NCBI GenBank assembly: GCA_020025675.1
Contig: JAHHRS010000001.1
Span: forward strand, 4,812-68,811
Direction: 5' to 3'
DNA from: Oscillospiraceae bacterium
Lineage (GTDB): Bacteria > Bacillota > Clostridia > Oscillospirales > Oscillospiraceae
Length of the DNA stretch: 64,000 bases
Part shown: positions 28,047 to 37,488 of the stretch, in pieces
Numbering within the stretch: position 1 is the first letter of the stretch
Layout of the letters: each line of letters opens with the position of its first letter
Program-made: the position numbers and the translations under genes
Notes under the pieces: generated by a model
Database searches by the model: none
What the model saw: the letters and a program-made list of their open reading frames with translations, nothing else
Told to the model about the DNA's origin: nothing

Positions 28047-28619
28047 ATGGAAATTATTCTTGCATCCGGTTCACCAAGAAGAAAAGAACTTATGGAAATG
28101 CTTGGTTTTAAAAATTTGAAGATAATTCCGGCAAAAGGGGAGGAGAAGGTTAATCTTAGTCTTGCCCCCGGTGCTCTTGTTGAGGCTCTGGCAACGCAGA
28201 AAGCCTTGGAAGTGGCGGAGAATCGGAATAAAGAGGATTTGGTTATAGGAGCTGACACCATAGTTTTCCATAACGGTAAAGTGATGGGTAAGCCACACTC
28301 AGAAAAAGAGGCACGGGACATGCTTTCGGAACTGTCCGGAGATGTCCATCAGGTATATACAGGAGTCTGTCTTGTTAAGGACGGACAGAAAACAGCAAGG
28401 CACGAACTCAGCCGTGTACATTTCCGCAGCCTGACAGAGGCGGAAATTTGCGCCTATGTTAAGACCGGCGAGCCTATGGACAAAGCCGGCGCATATGGGG
28501 CTCAGGGACTTGGAGCCCTGTTCGTAAAGGGCATAGAGGGAGATTTTTTTAACGTTATGGGTCTTCCTGTGTGTCTGCTGGGTGAAATGCTTAAAGAGCA
28601 GGGGGTTTATATCCTTTGA
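28047..28619 (+). CDS. maf: Maf nucleoside-triphosphate pyrophosphatase
   Basis: I prefer the start at 28047 (MEIILASGSPRRKEL; GGAG RBS) to the track start at 27969. Includes the GAYGAQG motif. Confidence 0.9.
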   Translation: MEIILASGSPRRKELMEMLGFKNLKIIPAKGEEKVNLSLAPGALVEALATQKALEVAENRNKEDLVIGADTIVFHNGKVMGKPHSEKEARDMLSELSGDVHQVYTGVCLVKDGQKTARHELSRVHFRSLTEAEICAYVKTGEPMDKAGAYGAQGLGALFVKGIEGDFFNVMGLPVCLLGEMLKEQGVYIL

Positions 28620-29458
28620 AAGAGTATTTAAAGAAAAACGGAATACGCATTGGGGTAATTGTTCTGGCCGTTGCACTATTGATTGGCCTGAGCGCCGCTG
28701 CAAGAGGCGGAAATGTTAGTTTCCTTCAAAATGCTACCGGAGTTATTAAAGCCCCGTTACAGAAGGTGCTGAGCTCCGCCGTAAACTGGTTTGACAGTAT
28801 TTACGGTTACCTTTACGATTATGAATCTCTTATGGCTGAAAATGAGTCACTGAGAGCCCAGCTGGCTGATGCGCAAAAATCCGCCCGTGAAGGTATAGAG
28901 GCAACGGAAGAAAATAACAGACTGAGACAGCTCTTGAATTTGCAGGAAAAGCATACCGACTATGAGATGGAGTCCTGCAAGGTTGTGCTGTGGTCTTCCT
29001 CTAACTGGTCATCTTCATTTACTATAAGTAAAGGCAAAAGTTCCGGCATAGAGCTGGGCGACCCGGTAGTTACCGAGTACGGCGTACTGGTAGGTCAGGT
29101 TACTGAGCTTGGCGAAACATGGGCAACCGTAAGCACACTTATAGACGCCGACATGAGCGTGGGCGCATATGTGGGTTCAACAGGAAGCTCAGGCCTTGTT
29201 GTGGGTGAATTTTCCCTCATGAAAGAAAAACAGGCAAAGCTCACCTTCCTTGCAGACGGAGCACAGATATATGTTGGAGACGAGGTTTTGACCTCCGGCT
29301 CCGGCGGATCTTTTCCTGCGGGACTTGTTATAGGAACTATAAGCAATATTCAGACTGAAGCCGGCGGACAGATAGAGTACGGCATAGTTACACCTCAGTG
29401 TGATTTGGATTCACTGGTACAGGTGTTTATAATAAAGAGCTATGAAGTGGTGGAATAA
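28616..29458 (+). CDS. mreC: Rod shape-determining protein MreC
   Basis: The TTG start overlaps the maf stop (TTGA). N-terminal TM, a coiled coil (ENESLRAQLADAQK), and C-terminal beta domains with GLVIGTI. Confidence 0.88.
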   Translation: MKEYLKKNGIRIGVIVLAVALLIGLSAAARGGNVSFLQNATGVIKAPLQKVLSSAVNWFDSIYGYLYDYESLMAENESLRAQLADAQKSAREGIEATEENNRLRQLLNLQEKHTDYEMESCKVVLWSSSNWSSSFTISKGKSSGIELGDPVVTEYGVLVGQVTELGETWATVSTLIDADMSVGAYVGSTGSSGLVVGEFSLMKEKQAKLTFLADGAQIYVGDEVLTSGSGGSFPAGLVIGTISNIQTEAGGQIEYGIVTPQCDLDSLVQVFIIKSYEVVE

Positions 29459-29461
29459 GCC

Positions 29462-29956
29462 TTGAAAGAAATTATTGCAAAAGTCAATATTAAAAGAGTT
29501 CTCTATTATCTGCTCTACATGTTTCTTGCCCTTGTGTGCCAGAACATGCTCTTTACGCAGTTTAGACTTTTTGGCATTTGTCCTATGGTTCTGCCTGCTG
29601 TGGCTGTGGCTGTGGGTATGTTTGAAGGTGCCACATGGGGCTCGGTTTTTGCTCTTGTCATGGGAGTATTTGCGGATATGTCTTTTGTGGAAAATGCCAC
29701 TATGTTCACCGTATTATTCCCGGCAATAGCTTTTGCCGCCGGCTTCGTGTCACAATTTTTTATAAACAGGCGTTTCTTTGCATACATGCTTACGGCTTTT
29801 GCGGCTCTTCTTTTAACAGCAGTGGTACAGATGATAAAGATTGTGTTAATTGACGGCTGGGCCTCTGCCATGCTTGTAACCGTTCTGCTCCAGACTATTT
29901 TTTCACTGCCACCGGCGGTGCTTGCGTACTTTCCGCCGGCAAAGTGGATAGAGTGA
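29462..29956 (+). CDS. mreD: Rod shape-determining protein MreD
   Basis: 164-aa polytopic membrane protein immediately after mreC. Confidence 0.75.
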   Translation: MKEIIAKVNIKRVLYYLLYMFLALVCQNMLFTQFRLFGICPMVLPAVAVAVGMFEGATWGSVFALVMGVFADMSFVENATMFTVLFPAIAFAAGFVSQFFINRRFFAYMLTAFAALLLTAVVQMIKIVLIDGWASAMLVTVLLQTIFSLPPAVLAYFPPAKWIE

Positions 29957-30014
29957 GTCATAGAACCGGAAACGTTACGCTTAGAGCAGATTATATCCTG
30001 AGAAAGGACAGTAT

Positions 30015-32153
30015 ATGAACAGAACCATCAAACCGGCGCGTCTTGCGGCGCTTGCCATATTTTTTTCTCTCCTACTTATAATATACCTTGTATTTCTCTA
30101 TAAGCTTCAGATAATTGAAGGCGAAGATTACTATAATCAGAGCAATGAAGTAAAAAATGTTAAGCGGGATGTCACTGCAGCCAGAGGCGATATTCTTGAC
30201 CGCTATGGCAGAGTGCTGGTCAGCAATAAGGAATGCTATAACCTTAAAATAGATACTGACAAGCTTTTTGCAAACGAAGACCCCAATGCTGTTATTCTGG
30301 AGCTGGTTGAGCTGGTTGAGAGCTACGGGGATAAATATACGGACGATCTGCCCATATCCGCTGCCCCTCCGTTTGAGTATGACAAAGACATGACCGAAAT
30401 TGAAAAGACCATGCTGAAGGCATACTTTGAAGATAAAAAGGATTCTATTAAGGCGGCGGGATTACCTCCCGAACCATCGGCGGTTGAGCTTATGAGCTAT
30501 ATGCGTACAAGATATGATATAGACAACAAGTATTCCGCAGAGCAAATGCGAATAATCGCCGGTGTTCGATATTCAATTAACGTCCGCTATGCTGTAAATA
30601 CCGCAGATTATATTTTTGTTGAGGACGCTTCCATGCAGCTCATTACTTCCATTATGGAGAGAAAGCTTGTTGGTATTCAGGTGGAGCGGGCATATGTGAG
30701 AGACTATGCCACGGAGTACGCAGCACATATTTTGGGATATGTGGGCCTTATGACTCAGGAGGAGTTTGAAAAATACTCCCTGAAGGACTATGCCAACAAC
30801 GCTATGGTAGGTAAGGACGGTGCAGAATACGCATTTGAAGAATATTTGCACGGAAAAGACGGTAAGGTTACGGAGATAAGGACTCCCTCAGGTACGGTGC
30901 TAAGTACGGTGTATGACCAAGAACCGGTACCCGGAAACCATGTGTATCTTACTCTTGACCTTGCACTTCAGGAACAGGTGGAAAGAATTCTTGATAACGG
31001 TGTAAATGACCTTATAGCTACCAGAGCTCAAAAGCGGGAGGAAGAAAAAGCCCGAGGAGAATTTAACCCTGAGCTTAAAGACGAAATTACAGGTGCCGCC
31101 GCAGTTGTAGTAGATGTTAAAAGCGGCTCACCCCTTGCAATAGCAAGCTGGCCTACCTATGATGTATCACGCATTATGGAGGACTATCAAGAGCTTATGG
31201 AGGCACCGAATACCCCGCTCTTTAACCGTGCGCTTATGGGTGCTTACGCTCCGGGTTCTACATTTAAGCCATGTACCGCAATCGCAAGCCTGAGTGAAGG
31301 CATTATAAATACTGAGCAGAAGATTAAATGCGAAGGTGTTTACACAAGGTACGCCGCCGAGGGTTACGCACCTGAATGCTGGATTTGGAACGCAGGTAAA
31401 AAGGGCGAACATTATACGCACCCTGAGGAAAATGTGATAGATGCTATAAAAGACTCCTGCAACTACTACTTCTACACAGTCAGCCATGACCTGGGCGTTG
31501 ATAAAATGGGTGAGTATGCCCGTAATCTGGGACTTGGTGTAAGTACAGGTATTGAACTTACGGAAACCAAGGGTAACATGTCTAATCAGCAAAACCATAT
31601 TGACTTTGCCGGAGTTGCCGAGTGGCGAATCGGTGATACGCTGCAGGCAGGTATAGGACAGTCCGATAGTATTTTCTCTCCCTTGCAGATAGCAGAGTAC
31701 TGTGCCGCAATTGCAAACGGAGGCCACCGCTATTCTGCATCTATACTGAAGTCTGTGCGAAGCTTTGACTTCAGTGAAAAAATATACGAGCGTGAGCCGG
31801 AAGAGCTCAGCACCGTAAAATCTGCCGATTATAACTGGGCAGCCATCCATGAGGGCATGTACGAAGTGCTTCATGACTGGGGAAATGAACTCAATGCCAA
31901 AACATGGGCAAACTGCGAATGGGACTGCGCAGGTAAGACCGGAACGGCGCAGAAAGGTGAAAATATCACAAACGACGGTATTTTTATTTGCTACGGCCCC
32001 TACGAAGATCCCCAGATTGCAATAGCTGTTGTAGTTGAGCGAGGCCACGCCGGCGGCGAGATTCAGTTTATAGCAAGAAATATAATGGATGCCTATATTA
32101 ACCTTTCAAAGTACAGTGATACTTCCGAAGCGGAAATGAATATTTTGAAGTAA
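30015..32153 (+). CDS. mrdA: Penicillin-binding protein 2 (class B transpeptidase)
   Basis: N-terminal TM, PBP dimerisation domain, and transpeptidase motifs STFKP and KTGTA. Located after mreCD. Confidence 0.9.
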   Translation: MNRTIKPARLAALAIFFSLLLIIYLVFLYKLQIIEGEDYYNQSNEVKNVKRDVTAARGDILDRYGRVLVSNKECYNLKIDTDKLFANEDPNAVILELVELVESYGDKYTDDLPISAAPPFEYDKDMTEIEKTMLKAYFEDKKDSIKAAGLPPEPSAVELMSYMRTRYDIDNKYSAEQMRIIAGVRYSINVRYAVNTADYIFVEDASMQLITSIMERKLVGIQVERAYVRDYATEYAAHILGYVGLMTQEEFEKYSLKDYANNAMVGKDGAEYAFEEYLHGKDGKVTEIRTPSGTVLSTVYDQEPVPGNHVYLTLDLALQEQVERILDNGVNDLIATRAQKREEEKARGEFNPELKDEITGAAAVVVDVKSGSPLAIASWPTYDVSRIMEDYQELMEAPNTPLFNRALMGAYAPGSTFKPCTAIASLSEGIINTEQKIKCEGVYTRYAAEGYAPECWIWNAGKKGEHYTHPEENVIDAIKDSCNYYFYTVSHDLGVDKMGEYARNLGLGVSTGIELTETKGNMSNQQNHIDFAGVAEWRIGDTLQAGIGQSDSIFSPLQIAEYCAAIANGGHRYSASILKSVRSFDFSEKIYEREPEELSTVKSADYNWAAIHEGMYEVLHDWGNELNAKTWANCEWDCAGKTGTAQKGENITNDGIFICYGPYEDPQIAIAVVVERGHAGGEIQFIARNIMDAYINLSKYSDTSEAEMNILK

Positions 32154-32241
32154 CAAAGGCAATTAAAGTATTGAAAGTTAAAAAGGCAACGTTTATAATG
32201 TAAGCGTTGAAGTGGATTTAGAGTAAGAAACGGAGAACAAC

Positions 32242-32646
32242 ATGAATATAGCACTAATGGCACATGACAGAAAAAAGGAGCTTATGGTCCAGTTTTGTAT
32301 TGCATACTGCGGAATACTGGCTGAGCATAATCTCTGTGCCACCCATGTGACGGGAAAGCTGGTGTCCGAGGCCACAGGCTTGCCCATAACATTATATCTG
32401 CATGCAGATCAGGGAGGTGCACAGCAAATCGGAGCACGCATTTCCTTTAACGAAATAGACTTGGTACTTTTCTTCTGCGATCCTATGAACCCTAAGGGCT
32501 TTGAGGATATTAACAAAATAGAACGTCTTTGCGACCAGCATCAAATCCCCTTTGCAACAAATGCCGCAACTGCGGAGGTTCTTGTTCAGGGACTGAGACG
32601 GGGCGATCTGGATTGGCGTAATATTGTTAACCCCCAGAAGAGGTAA
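32242..32646 (+). CDS. Methylglyoxal synthase-like protein with substituted active-site residues
   Basis: Clear MGS fold similarity (NIALMAHDRKK, IDLVLFFCDP, IPFATN). The ATGTTG motif reads ATHVTG, SGPxGGDQQ reads HADQGGAQQ, and the PH(D/E)PD motif reads KGFEDI. Confidence 0.8.
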   Translation: MNIALMAHDRKKELMVQFCIAYCGILAEHNLCATHVTGKLVSEATGLPITLYLHADQGGAQQIGARISFNEIDLVLFFCDPMNPKGFEDINKIERLCDQHQIPFATNAATAEVLVQGLRRGDLDWRNIVNPQKR

Positions 32647-32733
32647 GCCTGAGCTTTGAAAAATCAAGGCGCGGCTGTATAGTCGCGCCGTATTATAATG
32701 CCCTGATTTAAGTATGGGCGGAAAGGATAAAAA

Positions 32734-34089
32734 ATGGGAAAGGTTGCACCCCGCACCCTGTCAGGGTTTATGGAGCTCTTGCCTAAAGAGCAGATGAAAA
32801 TGGAAAAAATGATGGAGGCTCTTCGTAAAAGCTATTCCACCTACGGCTTTACCCCATTGGATACTCCTGTTATAGAGGCATCGGAAGTCCTCCTTGCAAA
32901 AGGCGGCGGAGAGACTGAAAAGCAGATATACCGTTTCCAAAAAGGCGATAGTGACATTGCACTCCGCTTTGATCTGACGGTTCCCCTTGCAAAATATGTG
33001 GCCGCAAACTATGCAAAACTAAGTTTCCCATTCCGCCGTTACCAGATAGGAAAGGTTTACAGAGGCGAACGTGCCCAGAGAGGCCGCTTCCGTGAATTCT
33101 ATCAGGCGGATATTGATATTATAGGCGACGGAAAACTTGATATAATAAACGAGGCAGAAATCCCTGCTATTATATATAATACATTTAAGACTTTAGGAAT
33201 TTCAAAATTCAAGATAAAAGTTAATAACCGCAAACTTTTAAACGGTTTTTACGCCATGAACGGCATGAGCGAAAAATCAGGCGATATTATGCGCACAGTG
33301 GATAAGCTGGATAAAATAGGAGCAGACAAAGTAAAAAACCTGCTTATAGACGAGGTGAAGATGCTGCCCTGCAAGGCCGATAATGTTCTGGACTTTATGG
33401 CTATAAAAGGTACAAATGCGGAGGTTATCCAGCGTTTAAGCCTTTATAAAGGCATGGACGAGACTTTCGATCAGGGTCTCAGCGAGCTTATTGAGGTCAC
33501 AAAATACCTGTCCGCTTTCGGCGTACCTGAGGAGAATTTCGCTATTGACCTGACCATTGCACGAGGTCTTGACTATTATACCGGAACGGTCTATGAAACG
33601 GAAATGACTGAGCATCCGGAGATAGGCTCTGTATGCTCCGGCGGAAGGTATGACAATCTGGCTGAGTTCTACACCGATAAAAAGCTTCCCGGTGTTGGCA
33701 TTTCCATCGGCCTTACAAGACTTTTTTACGTTTTGCAGGAGCAGGGACTTCTGTCTGACGATATGATAACTTCACCCTGCGATGTATTGGTTCTGCCTAT
33801 GACTGAAGATATGGGTTATGCCATTTCTGCCGCTACCGGACTTCGCGGGGCAGGAATACGCACCCAGATATACGGCGAACAGAAAAAGTTCAAGGGTAAA
33901 ATGAACTATGCCGATAAGATTGGCGTTCCTTACGTTGTCTTTGTTGGTGAAGACGAGATAAAAGAAAATATGCTTTCCGTTAAAGATATGGAAAGCGGCC
34001 AGCAGATAAAGCTCACGGCAGAAGATGCAGTGAAGCTTATAAAGGAAAACATAGAGAGAAAAAACAGCGGCGCTGTAATTAAAGAATAA
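32734..34089 (+). CDS. hisS: Histidine--tRNA ligase
   Basis: Class II aaRS motifs (FRYQ...YRGERAQRGRFREFYQ, GGRYDNL) and a C-terminal anticodon-binding domain. Confidence 0.92.
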   Translation: MGKVAPRTLSGFMELLPKEQMKMEKMMEALRKSYSTYGFTPLDTPVIEASEVLLAKGGGETEKQIYRFQKGDSDIALRFDLTVPLAKYVAANYAKLSFPFRRYQIGKVYRGERAQRGRFREFYQADIDIIGDGKLDIINEAEIPAIIYNTFKTLGISKFKIKVNNRKLLNGFYAMNGMSEKSGDIMRTVDKLDKIGADKVKNLLIDEVKMLPCKADNVLDFMAIKGTNAEVIQRLSLYKGMDETFDQGLSELIEVTKYLSAFGVPEENFAIDLTIARGLDYYTGTVYETEMTEHPEIGSVCSGGRYDNLAEFYTDKKLPGVGISIGLTRLFYVLQEQGLLSDDMITSPCDVLVLPMTEDMGYAISAATGLRGAGIRTQIYGEQKKFKGKMNYADKIGVPYVVFVGEDEIKENMLSVKDMESGQQIKLTAEDAVKLIKENIERKNSGAVIKE

Positions 34090-34125
34090 GCGCTTATAAT
34101 AAGAGATAAGGCAGGAGTAGAAATC

Positions 34126-35904
34126 ATGTTAAAGTCCCGTACACATACCTGTGACGAGCTCCGCATTGAAAATGTGGGAGAAAAAGTTAAAATAGTCGGA
34201 TGGATGGAGAACGTCCGTGAAGTCGGCGGCAATCTGGCCTTTGTGGTTGTCCGTGACTTTTACGGAACAACTCAGGTGGTCTGCGAGAGCGAGGATATGC
34301 TCTCAATAGTAAAAAATCTCAATAAAGAATCCACCATTTCTGTTGAAGGTGTTGTTCGTGAGAGAGCCAGTAAAAACCCCAAGCAGAATACCGGCGATAT
34401 TGAAGTTGTGCCCCAGAAGATTGAGGTTCTGGGCCGCTGCCGCTATAATGAGCTGCCGTTTGAAATTAACCGCAGCCGTGAGGCTGATGAGTCTCAGAGA
34501 CTTAAATACCGTTATTTGGATTTGAGAAATCCTGCTGTTAAGAAGAATATAGTCCTGCGCTGCAATGTTGTATCCGCTCTCCGTCAGGCTATGACTGAGC
34601 AGGGATTTCTGGAGATTACCACTCCTATTCTTACCGCTTCTTCCCCTGAAGGCGCAAGAGACTATCTTGTTCCATCCAGAAAGCACCCCGGCAAGTTCTA
34701 TGCTCTGCCTCAGGCTCCCCAGCAGTTTAAGCAGCTGCTTATGGCTTCGGGATTTGACAAATATTTCCAGATAGCACCATGCTTTCGTGATGAGGACGCA
34801 AGAGGCGACCGTTCACCCGGTGAATTTTATCAGTTGGATATGGAAATGGCTTTCGCAGGACAGGAAGATGTTTTTGCTGTTCTTGAGGAAGTACTGCCAC
34901 CGATTTTTGCAAAATACGGCACTTATAATATAGCTTCCACCGCTCCGTTCAAGCGCATACCTTACCTTGAGGCTATGGAGAAGTACGGCAGTGATAAGCC
35001 CGACCTCCGTATTGACCTGCTGGTTGACGATATAACCCAGCTTGTACAGGGTACAGAGTTCGGCCCATTTGCCGAGGGCAACACCGTTAAGGCCATTGCC
35101 GTCAGCGATTGCGACATGACAAGAAAGAATATAGACAAGCTCTGTGCAGACGTTGAGGTTCAGGCAGGCTGCAAGCCTTACTGGTTTAAAGTAGGCGATG
35201 ACGGCGAATTTGCAGGCGGAGTCGCTAAATTCATAAACGACCGCAAAGAGGCCATTACCGAGAAGCTGGGTCTGAAACCAGGTTATCTGGTGGGCGTATG
35301 TGCCGGTAAAAAAGAAACTGCTCAGAAAACTGCCGGTGTAATGCGCAAAATGCTGGGCGCAGCTGTTCCCGGACATATGGACAGAGAACGCTATGAGTTT
35401 TGCTGGATAGTTGATTTTCCCATGTACGAGATAGGCGAGGAGAGCGGCGAACTTGAATTCTGCCACAACCCCTTCTCCATGCCTTCCGGCGGTCTGGATA
35501 TACTGCTCAAGGCTGAGCGCGGAGAGGTAGATCCACTTACCATTACCGCCGACCAGTATGACCTTGTATGCAACGGTATTGAGCTTTCTTCCGGAGCTGT
35601 GCGTAACCATGACCCGGAAATAATGATAAAGGCCTTTGAAATGGTGAGACTTGGTGAAGAGGACGTAAAGAAGAAGTTCCCTGCCATGTACAATGCCTTC
35701 TGCTACGGCGCACCCCCTCATGCCGGTATTGCCCCCGGTGTTGACCGTATGGTTATGCTCCTTGCCGGTGAGGACAGCATAAGAGAGGTTATTCCTTTCC
35801 CCATGAATAAAAACGCTCAGGACGTGATGATGGGCGCACCTTCCTTTGTGGAGCCGAAACAGCTTGAAGAGCTGAACATCGCCTGCACCAAAGAGGAAGA
35901 GTAA
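34126..35904 (+). CDS. aspS: Aspartate--tRNA ligase
   Basis: N-terminal OB fold, QSPQ-like QAPQQFKQ, motif 2 FRDEDARGDRSPGEFYQLD, GAD insertion, and motif 3 GIAPGVDR. Confidence 0.95.
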   Translation: MLKSRTHTCDELRIENVGEKVKIVGWMENVREVGGNLAFVVVRDFYGTTQVVCESEDMLSIVKNLNKESTISVEGVVRERASKNPKQNTGDIEVVPQKIEVLGRCRYNELPFEINRSREADESQRLKYRYLDLRNPAVKKNIVLRCNVVSALRQAMTEQGFLEITTPILTASSPEGARDYLVPSRKHPGKFYALPQAPQQFKQLLMASGFDKYFQIAPCFRDEDARGDRSPGEFYQLDMEMAFAGQEDVFAVLEEVLPPIFAKYGTYNIASTAPFKRIPYLEAMEKYGSDKPDLRIDLLVDDITQLVQGTEFGPFAEGNTVKAIAVSDCDMTRKNIDKLCADVEVQAGCKPYWFKVGDDGEFAGGVAKFINDRKEAITEKLGLKPGYLVGVCAGKKETAQKTAGVMRKMLGAAVPGHMDRERYEFCWIVDFPMYEIGEESGELEFCHNPFSMPSGGLDILLKAERGEVDPLTITADQYDLVCNGIELSSGAVRNHDPEIMIKAFEMVRLGEEDVKKKFPAMYNAFCYGAPPHAGIAPGVDRMVMLLAGEDSIREVIPFPMNKNAQDVMMGAPSFVEPKQLEELNIACTKEEE

Positions 35905-35913
35905 TATAAAATT

Positions 35914-35950
35914 AAGCCCCAGAGCTTCCTCTGGGGCTTTAAAGGTTTAA
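35914..35950 (+). terminator. Hairpin terminator after aspS
   Basis: AAGCCCCAGAG / CTCTGGGGCTT stem with a 4-nt loop. The U-tract is weak (TTTAAAGGTTT). Confidence 0.6.
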
Positions 35951-35962
35951 TAGGAGGACACG

Positions 35963-37474
35963 ATGTTTTCCAAAGTAAGAAGCTTCGGCGTCAGCGGCGT
36001 CGGCGGTTACAACGTTACGGTAGAGGTTTATATTACAAACGGTCTCCCATCCTTTGAAGTGGTTGGGCTGCCGGACGTTGCAGTTAAAGAATCCAGAGAG
36101 CGTGTCAGAGCCGCCATAAAAAATAACGGCTACCGTTTTCCGGTAAGCCGTATGACAATAAATCTTGCCCCCGCTGATAAGAAAAAGGCAGGTACTATGT
36201 ACGACCTTCCTATGCTTATCGGTATTCTTTCAGCCGTCGGTGATATTGAAAATCCCGGGGAGGACTGCGCCTTTATCGGTGAACTCTCCCTGACAGGAGA
36301 GCTTCGCCCTGTGCAGGGTGCCTTGCCCATGGCTATTGAGGCTATGAGAAGCGGAGTAAAAAAACTGTTTGTTCCCTATGACAACGGCCCTGAGGCTGCC
36401 TTTGCAAGAGAAATTTCGGTATATCCCGTTAAGGATGTGGCTCAGCTTATAAAGCACCTTAAAGGGGAGCGGATGATAGAAGAGGCAGCTGCGCCGGAAA
36501 CAGAAAGTAAAGAGGAAAATCTTCCGGATTTTGCAGATGTTAAAGGACAGGAAAATGTAAAGCGGGCTTTTGAGATAGCAGCGGCAGGGGGACACAATAT
36601 CCTGCTGATAGGCCCTCCGGGAGCCGGTAAGTCAATGATGGCAAAACGGCTTCCAACAATTTTGCCTGACATGAGCAGGGAGGAGATAATAGAGTGTACG
36701 GAAATACATTCTGTATCCGGTCTTACAAGCAGAGAAAGACCCATAGTATCACAGAGACCTTTCCGCTCACCTCACCATACCGTCTCGGCGGCAGGATTAT
36801 CAGGCGGGGGAACAGTACCAAAACCCGGAGAAATCAGCCTTGCCCATAACGGAGTACTGTTTTTAGATGAAATGCCGGAATTCAGAAGCGATGTTTTGGA
36901 GGTGCTCCGCCAGCCTTTGGAGGACGGCGAGGTAACCGTGTCAAGAGTTTCAGGCACATTTACATTTCCAAGCCGTTTTATGCTGGTATGTGCCATGAAC
37001 CCGTGTAAGTGCGGATGGTACGGTCACCCTTCGGGAAGATGCAAATGTTCGGAAAAGGATGTACGCCGTTATCACAGCAGAATTTCAGGGCCGCTTCTTG
37101 ACAGAATTGATATAATAGTTGAGGTTCCGGCGCTGGAATACGAGGAATTGAGGCGAAGAGAACAGGCGGAAAGTTCAGCCATGATAAAAAAGCGGGTAAA
37201 TGCTGCAAGAGACATACAGAGAAAACGTTACGGCGAGAACTCCACCATGTGCAACGCCCATGCCGGAAGCAGAGAGCTGAGAGAATTCTGCACATTAGGT
37301 GAAGAGTCTGAAAGTCTTATGAAGGGTGCTTTTGACTCAATGGGACTTTCTGCCAGAAGCTATGACAGAATTTTAAGAGTAGCCAGAACTATTGCAGATT
37401 TGGCAGGTGAGGAAAACATAGGCCCTGAGCACATTGCCGAGGCTATACAGTACAGAAGCTACGAGTTTATTTAA
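35963..37474 (+). CDS. comM: YifB/ComM family Mg-chelatase-like ATPase
   Basis: Lon-protease-like N-domain, Walker A GPPGAGKSM, FLDEMPEF, and a zinc-ribbon-like CKCGWYGHPSGRCKC. Confidence 0.9.
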   Translation: MFSKVRSFGVSGVGGYNVTVEVYITNGLPSFEVVGLPDVAVKESRERVRAAIKNNGYRFPVSRMTINLAPADKKKAGTMYDLPMLIGILSAVGDIENPGEDCAFIGELSLTGELRPVQGALPMAIEAMRSGVKKLFVPYDNGPEAAFAREISVYPVKDVAQLIKHLKGERMIEEAAAPETESKEENLPDFADVKGQENVKRAFEIAAAGGHNILLIGPPGAGKSMMAKRLPTILPDMSREEIIECTEIHSVSGLTSRERPIVSQRPFRSPHHTVSAAGLSGGGTVPKPGEISLAHNGVLFLDEMPEFRSDVLEVLRQPLEDGEVTVSRVSGTFTFPSRFMLVCAMNPCKCGWYGHPSGRCKCSEKDVRRYHSRISGPLLDRIDIIVEVPALEYEELRRREQAESSAMIKKRVNAARDIQRKRYGENSTMCNAHAGSRELREFCTLGEESESLMKGAFDSMGLSARSYDRILRVARTIADLAGEENIGPEHIAEAIQYRSYEFI

Positions 37475-37488
37475 AAAGAGGAAAATTT

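Noticed and set aside
32647-32733. Expected a T-box leader upstream of hisS-aspS, as in Bacillus.
   Set aside because: Only 87 nt separate the mgsA-like gene from hisS. That is too short for a T-box of about 200 nt or more. It contains only one short GC hairpin (GGCGCG/CGCGCC) and a TATAAT.
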